This document shows positions 50,338-59,277 of a stretch of 64,000 nt of DNA, piece by piece. The DNA comes from an uncultured Ignavibacteria bacterium. Its GTDB lineage: Bacteria; Bacteroidota; Ignavibacteria; Ignavibacteriales; Ignavibacteriaceae. Below the pieces are notes generated by a model. That model was not told where the DNA came from. It ran no database searches and saw only the letters and a list, made by a program, of their open reading frames with translations. Made by a program: the position numbers and the translations under genes. Location: positions 487,241 through 551,240 of the forward strand of contig CAWBXQ010000009.1 in the NCBI GenBank assembly GCA_963792755.1. Reading direction: 5' to 3'. The stretch's first letter is position 1. Every line of letters starts with the position of its first letter.

Positions 50338-51834
50338 CTATTTCCAATCAGGCATTTCACCGTTAGAAATTATTTTCTGCCTGCTATTTCCATCTACATC
50401 CATAATCCAAATATCTTTTGACCTTGAGCCATCATTTTGAACATTTTCAAATATTATTTTAGCTCCGTCGGGAGAATACCTGGGATGCAAATCATTTGTG
50501 CCGCCCGATTTATTTACTGAAACATCAGTCGTATCTGAACCATCGATATTCATTATAAAAATATGTGAATCTAACTGTCGACCGCTGGGAACTTCGTACC
50601 CGGAAACATCTCTTGTAAAAACAATTTTATTACCATCGGGAGAAAAGGACGGACTTTCCATTACACCCGGTAAGTTATCCATAAGAAGTGTCATATTACT
50701 TCCATTTGCATCCATTAAATAAATTTCCGAGTCATATGGATTTTCCCCTATAGTTAAAACAACTATTTTATTACTGGCAGATGACCAGTCTGTTTCCCGG
50801 AAATGTCTTTCTGCCGGTGCAGTTGCAATCTGAGTTAAATTAGCTCCAAATTGGTCCACCATATATAACTTATTATAATTAGCATAAATAATATGCCCAC
50901 CATCAGGTGACCAGCTAAATCCAATTCCGTTATTATGGTACCCAACAACAGGGAGAGTAGTAACTTTGAAAATATTTGAGCCATCTGTATTCATAGTGTA
51001 AATTTGAGGATCTACTTGTTCATTCGATACAAAGGCAATTTTTAATCTGTTCGGACTAAACCTGGGCCACCAATCTCTGTTAGAATTAAAAGTTAGTTGA
51101 ACTGTAGTACTATCTGTGTTGCCTGAAGTATATATTTCATAGTTACCGTCTCTATTGGATGCGAACAAGTAAGGATTATCAGGTAGAGCCTTGGTAGTGA
51201 AGCTCCAGGTATTACTGTTCGTCGTTGCCTCGCCATCTTTTGCAACGACCTGCCAAAAATATGTTGTGTTATACTGTAAATTTTCAAGCGAAATAGTCGT
51301 ATCAGTTATATCTGAAGCAATCTGTGTTTTAACAGGATTATTCGATTTATAAAGATATACATCAAACCATAGTGTATCATTTGCATCCGGATCACTTGCT
51401 GACCAGGCAAGATTTAATGAAACAGATTGATTAGCAGTATTTTCTCCAGGGAATGGATTGGATGGTTCATTTGGAGGAGTGTTATTTGTTGTGCTTTTAC
51501 TAAGCAATATTATAGGAGATACAGTTTCGCCATCCTTAACTTGAACTGATACTGCATTTTTAAGATAATTGTTCTTGCTTATGGTTATTGTGTAATCGCC
51601 GGCTGTAATATTCGAATATTCAAATTTACCTGAATTATCCGTTACTGAAGAATTTGTAGGGGGACTGGTAGTAACACTTGCATCACTAATTGGTGTATTA
51701 TCATCGGCATCTAATACTGTACCTGATATGTTGCCAGTCTTTTCCGGCTGTATTGTATCCTCATTGCATGATATCTGAAAGAGCATAAGTGTAGATATAA
51801 TTACAATGCATAATATGTTTTTAGTTCGTACCAT
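50338..51834 (-). CDS. secreted/lipoprotein with CarboxypepD_reg-like, FN3-like and TolB-type beta-propeller (PD40) domains
   Basis: Signal sequence with Cys (LMLFQISC), GNISGTVLDADDNTPI...GDYTITIS, an FN3-like segment, then about 6 repeats of the xSPDGxxIxF / IYxMxxDGSN type. Confidence 0.6.
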   Translation of the reverse strand: MVRTKNILCIVIISTLMLFQISCNEDTIQPEKTGNISGTVLDADDNTPISDASVTTSPPTNSSVTDNSGKFEYSNITAGDYTITISKNNYLKNAVSVQVKDGETVSPIILLSKSTTNNTPPNEPSNPFPGENTANQSVSLNLAWSASDPDANDTLWFDVYLYKSNNPVKTQIASDITDTTISLENLQYNTTYFWQVVAKDGEATTNSNTWSFTTKALPDNPYLFASNRDGNYEIYTSGNTDSTTVQLTFNSNRDWWPRFSPNRLKIAFVSNEQVDPQIYTMNTDGSNIFKVTTLPVVGYHNNGIGFSWSPDGGHIIYANYNKLYMVDQFGANLTQIATAPAERHFRETDWSSASNKIVVLTIGENPYDSEIYLMDANGSNMTLLMDNLPGVMESPSFSPDGNKIVFTRDVSGYEVPSGRQLDSHIFIMNIDGSDTTDVSVNKSGGTNDLHPRYSPDGAKIIFENVQNDGSRSKDIWIMDVDGNSRQKIISNGEMPDWK

Positions 51835-51869
51835 GAATTTTCTCCCACTATAAAAAAATTAATTCTTTG

Positions 51870-52274
51870 TTATTCATCTCCATAAAAAATTGTACTGTCT
51901 TCCGTAATTAATTGATCGTTCTTAAAAACTTTGAGTTTAATTTTATAAAAATCTTTTTTATTTAAATTCACGGTAACTGTGGATAGAACAACTTGTTCTT
52001 TACTGTTTATTTTAAAACTGCCGAATTGATTTGAAGAACTATTCGATTGACCTGATTTTATTACTATTAATTTGTAGTCAATATTTATATCATAATCACT
52101 ACCGTTATAAAAAGTACCTTTTATTTTGAGCGTTTTATTTTCCTGAAGTAAATGAATTTTCGCAAAGGATTGTTGTGAAGTTGTTGAACCATCTTTAGCA
52201 GGGAATTGGGGAGAAGTTCCTCCCCAATTCCAGGAAAGTAATAAACTAAATAATATGGCTGCCAGTGTATTCAT
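51870..52274 (-). CDS. CsgH-like curli chaperone candidate
   Basis: 134-aa secreted beta-rich protein. The segment YKLIVIKSGQSNSSSNQFGSFKINSKEQVVLSTVTVNL matches my recollection of the CsgC/CsgH-family pattern. Sits directly downstream of the curlin genes. Confidence 0.45.
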   Translation of the reverse strand: MNTLAAILFSLLLSWNWGGTSPQFPAKDGSTTSQQSFAKIHLLQENKTLKIKGTFYNGSDYDINIDYKLIVIKSGQSNSSSNQFGSFKINSKEQVVLSTVTVNLNKKDFYKIKLKVFKNDQLITEDSTIFYGDE

Positions 52275-52293
52275 TAATTTTCCATATCAGAAT

Positions 52294-52857
52294 TTATGGT
52301 AAAGACCCACCGTTTGTTATAATCAGTTTCATTGCATTTCCAGTTTGTGTAATCTGGTATTGCCGTGACTGATGATCATTTTCGGTCTGGCTTATCTCAT
52401 TGTTATTTCCTACCTGTGAAAGAACGAAAGCCATATTATTTCCTAGCAAGTTTTGATTGATTATATTCGCGTTACCAAGTTGTTCAATAGTTGAAGAATT
52501 ATTATCACCATTCACACTGGCGTCAAACATATTACCATTACCAGTTTGGGTAATATTATGACTATTTCCGCTTCCGTTTTGTGTTAAAACAGCATTATTT
52601 AAATCTCCACTCTGTATCAGCATGGCAACGTTTCCGGAAACACTTATCCCGGTAAGTGCCTGATTTATAGAAGCATTGTTATTACTTCCAATTTGTTGTA
52701 TTTGAGCAGTATTGCTATAACTCAACTCGTTCTGTGAATGGGTAAGAATGGAAGATGATTCCAACTGCTTTAGAAATGCTTCTTCGCTTTCATTATTTTG
52801 TTGAGCAAATACAATCATCTGGAACAAAATAAATAGCGATAATAGTATTATTTTCAT
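52294..52857 (-). CDS. curlin-repeat protein (CsgA/CsgB family), short paralog
   Basis: Signal peptide followed by repeats of the Q-x-G-x-x-N-x-A-x-x-x-Q type (IQQIGSNNNASINQ, LTQNGSGNSHNITQTGNGN, IEQLGNANIINQ, LSQVGNNNEISQ). Confidence 0.7.
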   Translation of the reverse strand: MKIILLSLFILFQMIVFAQQNNESEEAFLKQLESSSILTHSQNELSYSNTAQIQQIGSNNNASINQALTGISVSGNVAMLIQSGDLNNAVLTQNGSGNSHNITQTGNGNMFDASVNGDNNSSTIEQLGNANIINQNLLGNNMAFVLSQVGNNNEISQTENDHQSRQYQITQTGNAMKLIITNGGSLP

Positions 52858-52959
52858 TTTATTCTTTAATATTTATTATTTATTGCACTTCTTTCATAAC
52901 CTAATCGAGTTTTTCGTATCCAGAGGGAAGAGTAGCTCCCCTCTGTAAACGATATTTCA

Positions 52960-53904
52960 TCAATGTTGGTTAATATTTGCGTAATTGCCACCGGCACCCG
53001 ATTGAGAAATTGTCGCAACGTTAGCATCATTAGTCTGGCTTATATGAGCTTCATTAGAATCACTTGAATTTACATTTATAGTTGCTTGATTATCTCTACC
53101 GACTTGCCATTCCGTTGCAATATTACTATTACCGTTGATATTGATTGTACCTTCGTTATAACCAACATGCCCATTATGATTTGGGTCATCTTGATGTTGT
53201 GAGGTATTATTACTATTACCAACCACAGTAGTTTTTGCAAAACCACCAATTTGAGCCTGGTATTGATCAGAAATATTGTCGTCTCCCTTTTGTGATACAC
53301 TTAGCACTGACCCATAACCGCCAATACTTTTTTGATCCGCGCTATTACCATTACCTTGCTGATTAACTGTCATATCCTTTATACCAGCTACTCCATAAGC
53401 ATAAGTGGTTTTTTGTGTAGAACTGTTATTATCTCCTACTTGAGTCATCTTTACGCCAGCATATGTTCCTGACATTTCACTAAATAGCGTCCCTATATTC
53501 TGTGAGCCAGTATTAGAACTACCTACCTGTTTAATCGTACCAGTACTTCTACCTTCATTTGCACCTGCCATAGTGATGGAAGCATCATTTGATTCACCAT
53601 TCTGAGTAATAAAAGCTCCGTCCTGCCAATCCCCGGCATAAGTAGCCTGATGGCCATTATTTACCGGTATGCCGCCAGAACCTTGCTTGATGGTCGCAAC
53701 GTTTGATCCAACTCCTAACTGTTTAACATCACCAATATTGGTTCCGTATTGATTCACAGTTGCCTCGTTGCCACCGACAGAACCCGTCTGGTCAACATTT
53801 GCTGTATTTGTGCCAACCTGAGTGATATGGGCTTCATTATCTTGAGCAAGTACATACCCACTCATAAATAGTACAACTACAAAAAGAGCAAATAATTTTT
53901 TCAT
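52960..53904 (-). CDS. curlin-repeat protein (CsgA-like major subunit candidate), long paralog
   Basis: The internal ATG at 53904 follows GGAGAA and gives the signal peptide MKKLFALFVVVLFMSGYVLAQ. More than 10 imperfect curlin repeats (ITQVGTNTANVDQTG, VNQYGTNIGDVKQLG, MTQVGDNNSSTQ, VNQQGNGNSADQ, ISQSGAGGNYANINQ). Confidence 0.75.
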   Translation of the reverse strand: MKKLFALFVVVLFMSGYVLAQDNEAHITQVGTNTANVDQTGSVGGNEATVNQYGTNIGDVKQLGVGSNVATIKQGSGGIPVNNGHQATYAGDWQDGAFITQNGESNDASITMAGANEGRSTGTIKQVGSSNTGSQNIGTLFSEMSGTYAGVKMTQVGDNNSSTQKTTYAYGVAGIKDMTVNQQGNGNSADQKSIGGYGSVLSVSQKGDDNISDQYQAQIGGFAKTTVVGNSNNTSQHQDDPNHNGHVGYNEGTININGNSNIATEWQVGRDNQATINVNSSDSNEAHISQTNDANVATISQSGAGGNYANINQH

Positions 53905-54116
53905 TTTTAATTCTCCAAATTGTTTACAAATAATTAACTTCATCCTTTTTTAAGAGGATGTTTGAACTGAAAATCAGTTCAGCTTACTAATAAGCGGATT
54001 AAAGAACTATTAAGGCTGTTTACATTAACCAAAATTATTAAGATATTTTCTTGTATAATTTTGGCAGCGCCGGAGTTTGTACCCTTCTCTTTACACTTTT
54101 GTTAGTGTAAAGATGG

Positions 54117-54134
54117 TTGCTCTGGCGTTGCCTT
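54117..54134 (-). promoter_or_regulatory. candidate sigma-54 promoter upstream of the curlin genes
   Basis: The minus strand reads AAGGCAACGCCAGAGCAA. GG and GC have the correct 12-nt register of the TGGCAC-N5-TTGCW consensus, but only GGCA and GCA match. Confidence 0.25.
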
Positions 54135-54281
54135 ATAAACTCTTTATTCCGCAACTAACAATAGTGCCTCTTTCACCTCCTTCCTTCATTTCAGGATTTA
54201 AATCTTTCAATATCTATCCTCCTTTCTTCAGTTTTATTTAATAAATGATTGAATGATGAATTATAGTATTCATATAGCATT

Positions 54282-55664
54282 TCAATTACCGAAATAAAAA
54301 TTTAATCCAAATCTAAAACCCCAGTAATAATCATTATATTTTCCTTGCTTTACTCCATCCAGATTATCTGTTATTAAATAATGATGGTCAGCAGATACTT
54401 GTAGTCCCACTATATCTCCTAAAAAATATTCTACACCAAATCCTGAAACCAAGCATACAGACCACCTATTTTTTTCAATTGAGTTCCCTTTTCTGTCAGA
54501 TAAGCTGGAATTTATTGCCCCTAATCCAACTTGTACAAATGGATTTAATCTATATTGCGGCAACAAAGAATAATCAATTAGAAAATCTGCATTTATAATG
54601 TCAGATTTAAAAGAATTTTTAGCACTCACCCTACCAGTAAAAATATTAGATGAGACTGAAAAATTATTTGAAACACCAAACCTAAAGGATAAACCTACAG
54701 CATGTTCATATTGTGAGTTGGCGTAATCTCCATTATACAATTGGCTTCCGGCGTTTAATCCTACTGAGAGTGAGGGTCTTTTTATTGTGAACCCGCCAAA
54801 ATTATCGACGACTTCTATTTGTTCTTTTTCTTTTTCATACTTTTCTATCACATTTGAGGTGCTATCCGCAGGATTTTTTAGTTCCCATAATTTGTCACTT
54901 ATTCCCTCAATAACTAAGCTTTCAACTGCTTTCTCAATTGCTTCCTTAACACATAGTTCAACTGGTTCGTTAGAACTATATCCTGTTTCAACTTCTAATA
55001 ATCTTTGAAAATCAACATACCTATATATACCAACATCAAGCTTCTGTGAAAGGATCATCTTGGTTGTGTAAACAGTCTTTAGGATTCTACCGCTTTGAGT
55101 TGAAATTGCACGCAGATAAATAGAAATTCTATCCTGCCTGTATTGCTCTGAACCTCCTATCCCAAAATATTTAACGCCGTCACCGCCGGTAAGAATATTT
55201 GTGTCGTAAGAAATTATCCCTCCTTCTAAAATTATACCTGCAAATAAAAGTGGGGGAACCAACTGTTCGGTTTCATTAGTATTCGCACCATAATTAGCTC
55301 TGCTGGAACGAATAATTTTTCTTTCGTTTAATAAATCCGAAAGACCTTCTCGTTCAATTGTTATAAACCAGCCGGATTCCTCCAATGCTTTCAATAAAAT
55401 TGACGTAGCACCTTGTGTAACAGCTGTAGACCAGCTTGTACCTACATCAGATGCTTTATACTGTCCTGTTTGATCTCTGAATTTGTATACGGCAGCAACA
55501 ATCTTCTCTTTTGGGGCTGGCAACGAAGTCAACTGTCGATTTACTGTTGTTTTAGGTCCAAGAGTTGCATTGTAAGTTTTTAGCGGTTCCAGAAAAGAGT
55601 TACATCCGGATGCCAGAAAAACGAATAGTATCGTAAATATTATTTTGATGAATGACTTTTTCAT
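54282..55664 (-). CDS. csgG: curli secretion channel CsgG fused to a C-terminal OmpA-like 8-stranded beta-barrel domain
   Basis: The internal ATG at 55664 gives a lipoprotein signal (FLASGC). LPAPKEKIVAAVYKFRDQTGQYK...STAVTQGATSILLKALEESGWFITIEREGLSDLLNERKIIRS is collinear with CsgG. The last ~170 aa are OMP beta-barrel-like (ends FGLNFYFGN). Confidence 0.85.
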   Translation of the reverse strand: MKKSFIKIIFTILFVFLASGCNSFLEPLKTYNATLGPKTTVNRQLTSLPAPKEKIVAAVYKFRDQTGQYKASDVGTSWSTAVTQGATSILLKALEESGWFITIEREGLSDLLNERKIIRSSRANYGANTNETEQLVPPLLFAGIILEGGIISYDTNILTGGDGVKYFGIGGSEQYRQDRISIYLRAISTQSGRILKTVYTTKMILSQKLDVGIYRYVDFQRLLEVETGYSSNEPVELCVKEAIEKAVESLVIEGISDKLWELKNPADSTSNVIEKYEKEKEQIEVVDNFGGFTIKRPSLSVGLNAGSQLYNGDYANSQYEHAVGLSFRFGVSNNFSVSSNIFTGRVSAKNSFKSDIINADFLIDYSLLPQYRLNPFVQVGLGAINSSLSDRKGNSIEKNRWSVCLVSGFGVEYFLGDIVGLQVSADHHYLITDNLDGVKQGKYNDYYWGFRFGLNFYFGN

Positions 55665-55680
55665 ATAGTTATATAATTTA

Positions 55681-56100
55681 TTAGAAGTACGGTATAACAA
55701 TAGATGTCTGGCCGCCGTTGGTCAAATCGTTTATTAAAATTGTAATGCCATCGGCACCGGGTGTAATGTCAATTATAAAATCTCCTATTTCATAGTGTCC
55801 TGCTTGCAATCCCGTTTCACCAAACAATGAGGAGACTAAGTTTCTGGACAATTGACTGAGAATTTGACTTTGCAGGCTTGATTTAAAATTTGATAGGGGA
55901 TCATTTTGAAATGAAGATCCGGAAGTTCCACCGGCTGTAAATCCATTTTGAGCTTGTGCTTCGCCTAACATCCAGCTACCGTTAAGTGGGCTACCCCCAA
56001 ACGAAGGATTAATAGGTGTATATGTTAATTGTTGAGAAAATACATTACCGGAAAAGAATAATAAACAAATAAACAGAAAAAAATATGATAAATTTTTCAT
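55681..56100 (-). CDS. csgF: curli assembly component CsgF
   Basis: The mature N-terminus QQLTYTPINPSFGGSPLNGSWMLGEAQAQN matches the conserved CsgF segment (YTP-NP-FGG-P-NG ... A-AQN). Confidence 0.85.
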   Translation of the reverse strand: MKNLSYFFLFICLLFFSGNVFSQQLTYTPINPSFGGSPLNGSWMLGEAQAQNGFTAGGTSGSSFQNDPLSNFKSSLQSQILSQLSRNLVSSLFGETGLQAGHYEIGDFIIDITPGADGITILINDLTNGGQTSIVIPYF

Positions 56101-56130
56101 TTGCCCTCTCGCTATATGTTTTAAACTACT

Positions 56131-56589
56131 TTAAAAAATTCCTGTCCCTTTCATATCGTCACCCTGAAGCTCTGCTTGTATAGTTGCATAATTCTGGACA
56201 TACTCGGAAGCCAGTTGAACAGCGTATTTCGCCATTTCATCTACTATTTCACTTCTTGGTTGAATGAACTGCCGAAAAATTTCTATTTCATTAACAGATA
56301 TTGAAATTTGAGTTCCTAACTGGGGTAAAGGTTTTTCCTGAATTGTAATAGAGTAATTTTTTATTGTATCAGGAGCTTCCCATAGCGAATAAAAGTCATC
56401 ATAGAAGTCGTGACCTAATTTAGTAATTGTCTCATCGATTATTATTGCTTCTATTTCCATGTCATCAGGATCTATATAAGTTTGTTTATTTGTTTCTTCT
56501 TTCAGCGAATCAATTTCTTTTACCTGCGAAAAAGAAAATCGTTGCGAAAGGAATAAAAGAATAATTATTAAACTGTAATCTAATTTCAT
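56131..56589 (-). CDS. csgE: curli assembly component CsgE
   Basis: IIDETITKLGHDFYDDFYSLW parallels the CsgE GHDFY region. Secreted protein of 152 aa. Confidence 0.8.
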   Translation of the reverse strand: MKLDYSLIIILLFLSQRFSFSQVKEIDSLKEETNKQTYIDPDDMEIEAIIIDETITKLGHDFYDDFYSLWEAPDTIKNYSITIQEKPLPQLGTQISISVNEIEIFRQFIQPRSEIVDEMAKYAVQLASEYVQNYATIQAELQGDDMKGTGIF

Positions 56590-56591
56590 AA

Positions 56592-56822
56592 TTAAAATGG
56601 AAGTGGCTTAATCGAATTAGTAACTGATTTTAACGACTTATCATTAATAGTAACTTCAAAAGAAATAATCTCACCGAGATTTACTTCTTCGTTTGGTCCT
56701 ATTACTAAATCAAATGAGACGGGCTCTATGTAAATCCTTGCTATTTTCTCCCCGGATATTTCTAACGTTTGCACAACTTTGCCCTTAAGTGGGAATTGTT
56801 TTTGAGTAAGTTTACTCTTCAT
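56592..56822 (-). CDS. small hypothetical protein (possibly a TOBE-like beta-barrel), first gene of the csgEFG transcription unit
   Basis: 76 aa ending 2 nt before the csgE start. The LKGKVVQTLEISGEKIARIYIE pattern gives only a weak fold guess. Confidence 0.3.
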   Translation of the reverse strand: MKSKLTQKQFPLKGKVVQTLEISGEKIARIYIEPVSFDLVIGPNEEVNLGEIISFEVTINDKSLKSVTNSIKPLPF

Positions 56823-57059
56823 TTACTTTACAATTTGTTATTTATGACACTTGCCCTCTTCGTAAGAAGATGTCCATTGAATTTAAAAGGACTTAATAGA
56901 AAGACAATAAATGTGCCTCTGCAAAAAGTTTATAAACGGGAGAAAAATGAAGGAGTGGAAATTTCACTAACGGAAATTCGAAAATATTCAAACGGAATTC
57001 CGTTATTAATAATAGACTGCCTTTCAATAATGCTAAATACAAAATGTCATCGTTATACA

Positions 57060-58055
57060 TCAACCTTTTAAATCAAAAAAAATATTTCCGGATTCTGATT
57101 TATATTTTGTCAACTTATCGTTGAATGTGGAAGCAGGCATCTCCAACAATTTTGCCGCCTCTAACTTGTTCCCTGAGCATTGATGGAGAGCTTCACGAAT
57201 TAGATTGGCTTCAAGACACTTTATCGTATCCTTGAAAGACATTTTGTGTGTTATAAGACAATTACGGCATGATCGTATTATTTCATTAGTATGATTATAT
57301 GAAACAATTTCATTTGGTAGGTCCTTAACCTGAATTTCAGAATCACAAAACAGAACAACTCTATGGATAACATTCTTTAATTCACGAACATTTCCTGGCC
57401 ATTGATAATTCATTAAAGCTTCGATTGCATTGGGAGTAATTGATATATTTCTCTCACGGGCAAAACGTTCTATGAAATAATTTACAAGGGCTGAAATATC
57501 GTCTATCCTTTGGCGAAGTGGGGGCAGATTAATAGGTACAACATTAATCCTGTAGAATAAGTCTGCTCTGAATTTCCCCTCATCAACAAGGTTTTTTAAA
57601 TCTAATTTGGAAGCAGTAATCAAACGAACATCAACTGGAATAGTTTTCTCAGCACCAATCCTCATTATTTCCCTTTCTTCGAGAACACGCAGTAGTTTAG
57701 ATTGTAGTATAAAAGGAAAATCATCAATATCATCCAGGAATAATGAGCCTCTATTTGCTAATTCGAAAAGTCCTTTTTTCTCACTTGCAGCACTTGTATA
57801 AGCCCCTTTTTCATGTCCGAATAACTCACTTTCCAGAAGTTCGGCAGGTAAAGCAGACAAACCAACTTTTATAAAAGGTTCATTCTTCCTATTGCTGTTT
57901 CGGTGTATAAATTCAGCCAACAATTCTTTTCCAACGCCTGTTTCTCCTGTTAATAGAATAGAACTGTCGGTATCAATGACCATTCTAAGATCAGATAAAA
58001 TCTTAGTAAAGGTTTTATTCTGTGTGATGAGTGAAGTCCCATCTTGAATTTTCAT
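57060..58055 (-). CDS. sigma-54-dependent transcriptional activator (AAA+ plus Fis-type HTH), no receiver domain
   Basis: Walker A GETGVGKE, ESELFGHEKGAYTSA (a variant of the GAFTGA loop), Walker B LFLDDI, WPGNVRELKN, C-terminal HTH LEAAKLLEMPASTFNDKL. Confidence 0.85.
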   Translation of the reverse strand: MKIQDGTSLITQNKTFTKILSDLRMVIDTDSSILLTGETGVGKELLAEFIHRNSNRKNEPFIKVGLSALPAELLESELFGHEKGAYTSAASEKKGLFELANRGSLFLDDIDDFPFILQSKLLRVLEEREIMRIGAEKTIPVDVRLITASKLDLKNLVDEGKFRADLFYRINVVPINLPPLRQRIDDISALVNYFIERFARERNISITPNAIEALMNYQWPGNVRELKNVIHRVVLFCDSEIQVKDLPNEIVSYNHTNEIIRSCRNCLITHKMSFKDTIKCLEANLIREALHQCSGNKLEAAKLLEMPASTFNDKLTKYKSESGNIFFDLKG

Positions 58056-58084
58056 TTTTTGCTCTCCATAAAAAAGTATCTCAT

Positions 58085-58510
58085 TCAGTATAATGTTTCA
58101 AGAATAGAAGGACTTAAATCAATAAGTGTTTTAAATGTTTCTCTGCTATAATTAAACGAATATTGTTCGATAAAATCTTCTTCAGTCTTATTCCTGATAA
58201 GTAAAAGCAGGTTTTTGTCTATAATTATTTGTGAAGAAGCAGGTTCCGAAGACGACAAAGGATAGAAGACTTTTTTATATTCTGCAGGTAATGCTTTGCT
58301 TAAAGAGACCCCGGGTGATAATACAGGTTCGATTTTTTTTTCAGCCGCCTTGTTTAAATAGATAAGAAAATAATCTTCCCCCTTCAATTCCCACAAGGTT
58401 ATAGGAAAAGGAAGGTTATCAAGTACAATTTGATAATTTATTTTTTCCTTCTCAGCCCAATTCAGAGAAGAATTTTTGACCCGCAATTTATTATCCATCA
58501 CATCCCTCAC
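58085..58510 (-). CDS. hypothetical protein, PAS-like
   Basis: 141 aa. VLDNLPFPITLWELKGEDYFLIYLNKAAEK resembles the start of a PAS fold. Lies 29 nt upstream of the activator gene in a different frame. Confidence 0.35.
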   Translation of the reverse strand: MRDVMDNKLRVKNSSLNWAEKEKINYQIVLDNLPFPITLWELKGEDYFLIYLNKAAEKKIEPVLSPGVSLSKALPAEYKKVFYPLSSSEPASSQIIIDKNLLLLIRNKTEEDFIEQYSFNYSRETFKTLIDLSPSILETLY

Positions 58511-59277
58511 CCTCCTGAATGATAAAAATCTTCAGTAATATTTTAAAATTTCTCACTTACGCGGGGAGGTATATGAGGACCACCATATAAAACTATTGCC
58601 CTCTGGCTTGAATTATACACAATTTTTTTTACACCCACAATTTTTTTAGAAATTGTTATTAAGGAAGTGTTAAATATTTTAACTCGTGGAAGGAAGATAG
58701 TTGAATAAGTCTACAATTACATCTTAATTTGAGACACTTGCTTCCCAATTTTTCCCTAGCAAATATTTAGGGAATCGTAAAACATTTTGCCTGTCAACCA
58801 AATAACTCAATAACCCAATAACCATTAACCTATTAACCATCATCTCATAACTCATTATCATTCTTAACCCATCCCATTTTCAGGATTCTTATATGTCATC
58901 CCTACGGGATTTTAATATTTTATTGTTATTAATTTTTTCTATTTCCGAAGGAATGCCTTTGGCAAAATATTTTGTCCCTTCGGGACTATCTGTCTTTGAC
59001 CTTTTCCCTCTGCCTTTTGCCATTTTAATTTTCGCGCTCACAATTCAACATTCAACATTCAATATCCCTCTCATTTTCTCATCATCTCACACAATGACCA
59101 ATGTTTACCCCGGCGTAATGTAATGAAGACGGGACTAATGACAATTGACAACTGACCCACGGGCGAAGAATCTCATTTGTATTTGCCACAATTATGTAAT
59201 TTTATAATCTTGCAATTTTGCAATGCACTTCTTCCCATAATCTCATAACCCATAATCTCATCATCTCCCCGCTCCCC

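Noticed and set aside
54145-54170. Second sigma-54-like motif (minus strand GGCACTATTGTTAGTTGC) upstream of the curlin genes
   Set aside because: The GG-to-GC distance is 16 nt instead of 12, so the -24 and -12 elements are out of register.
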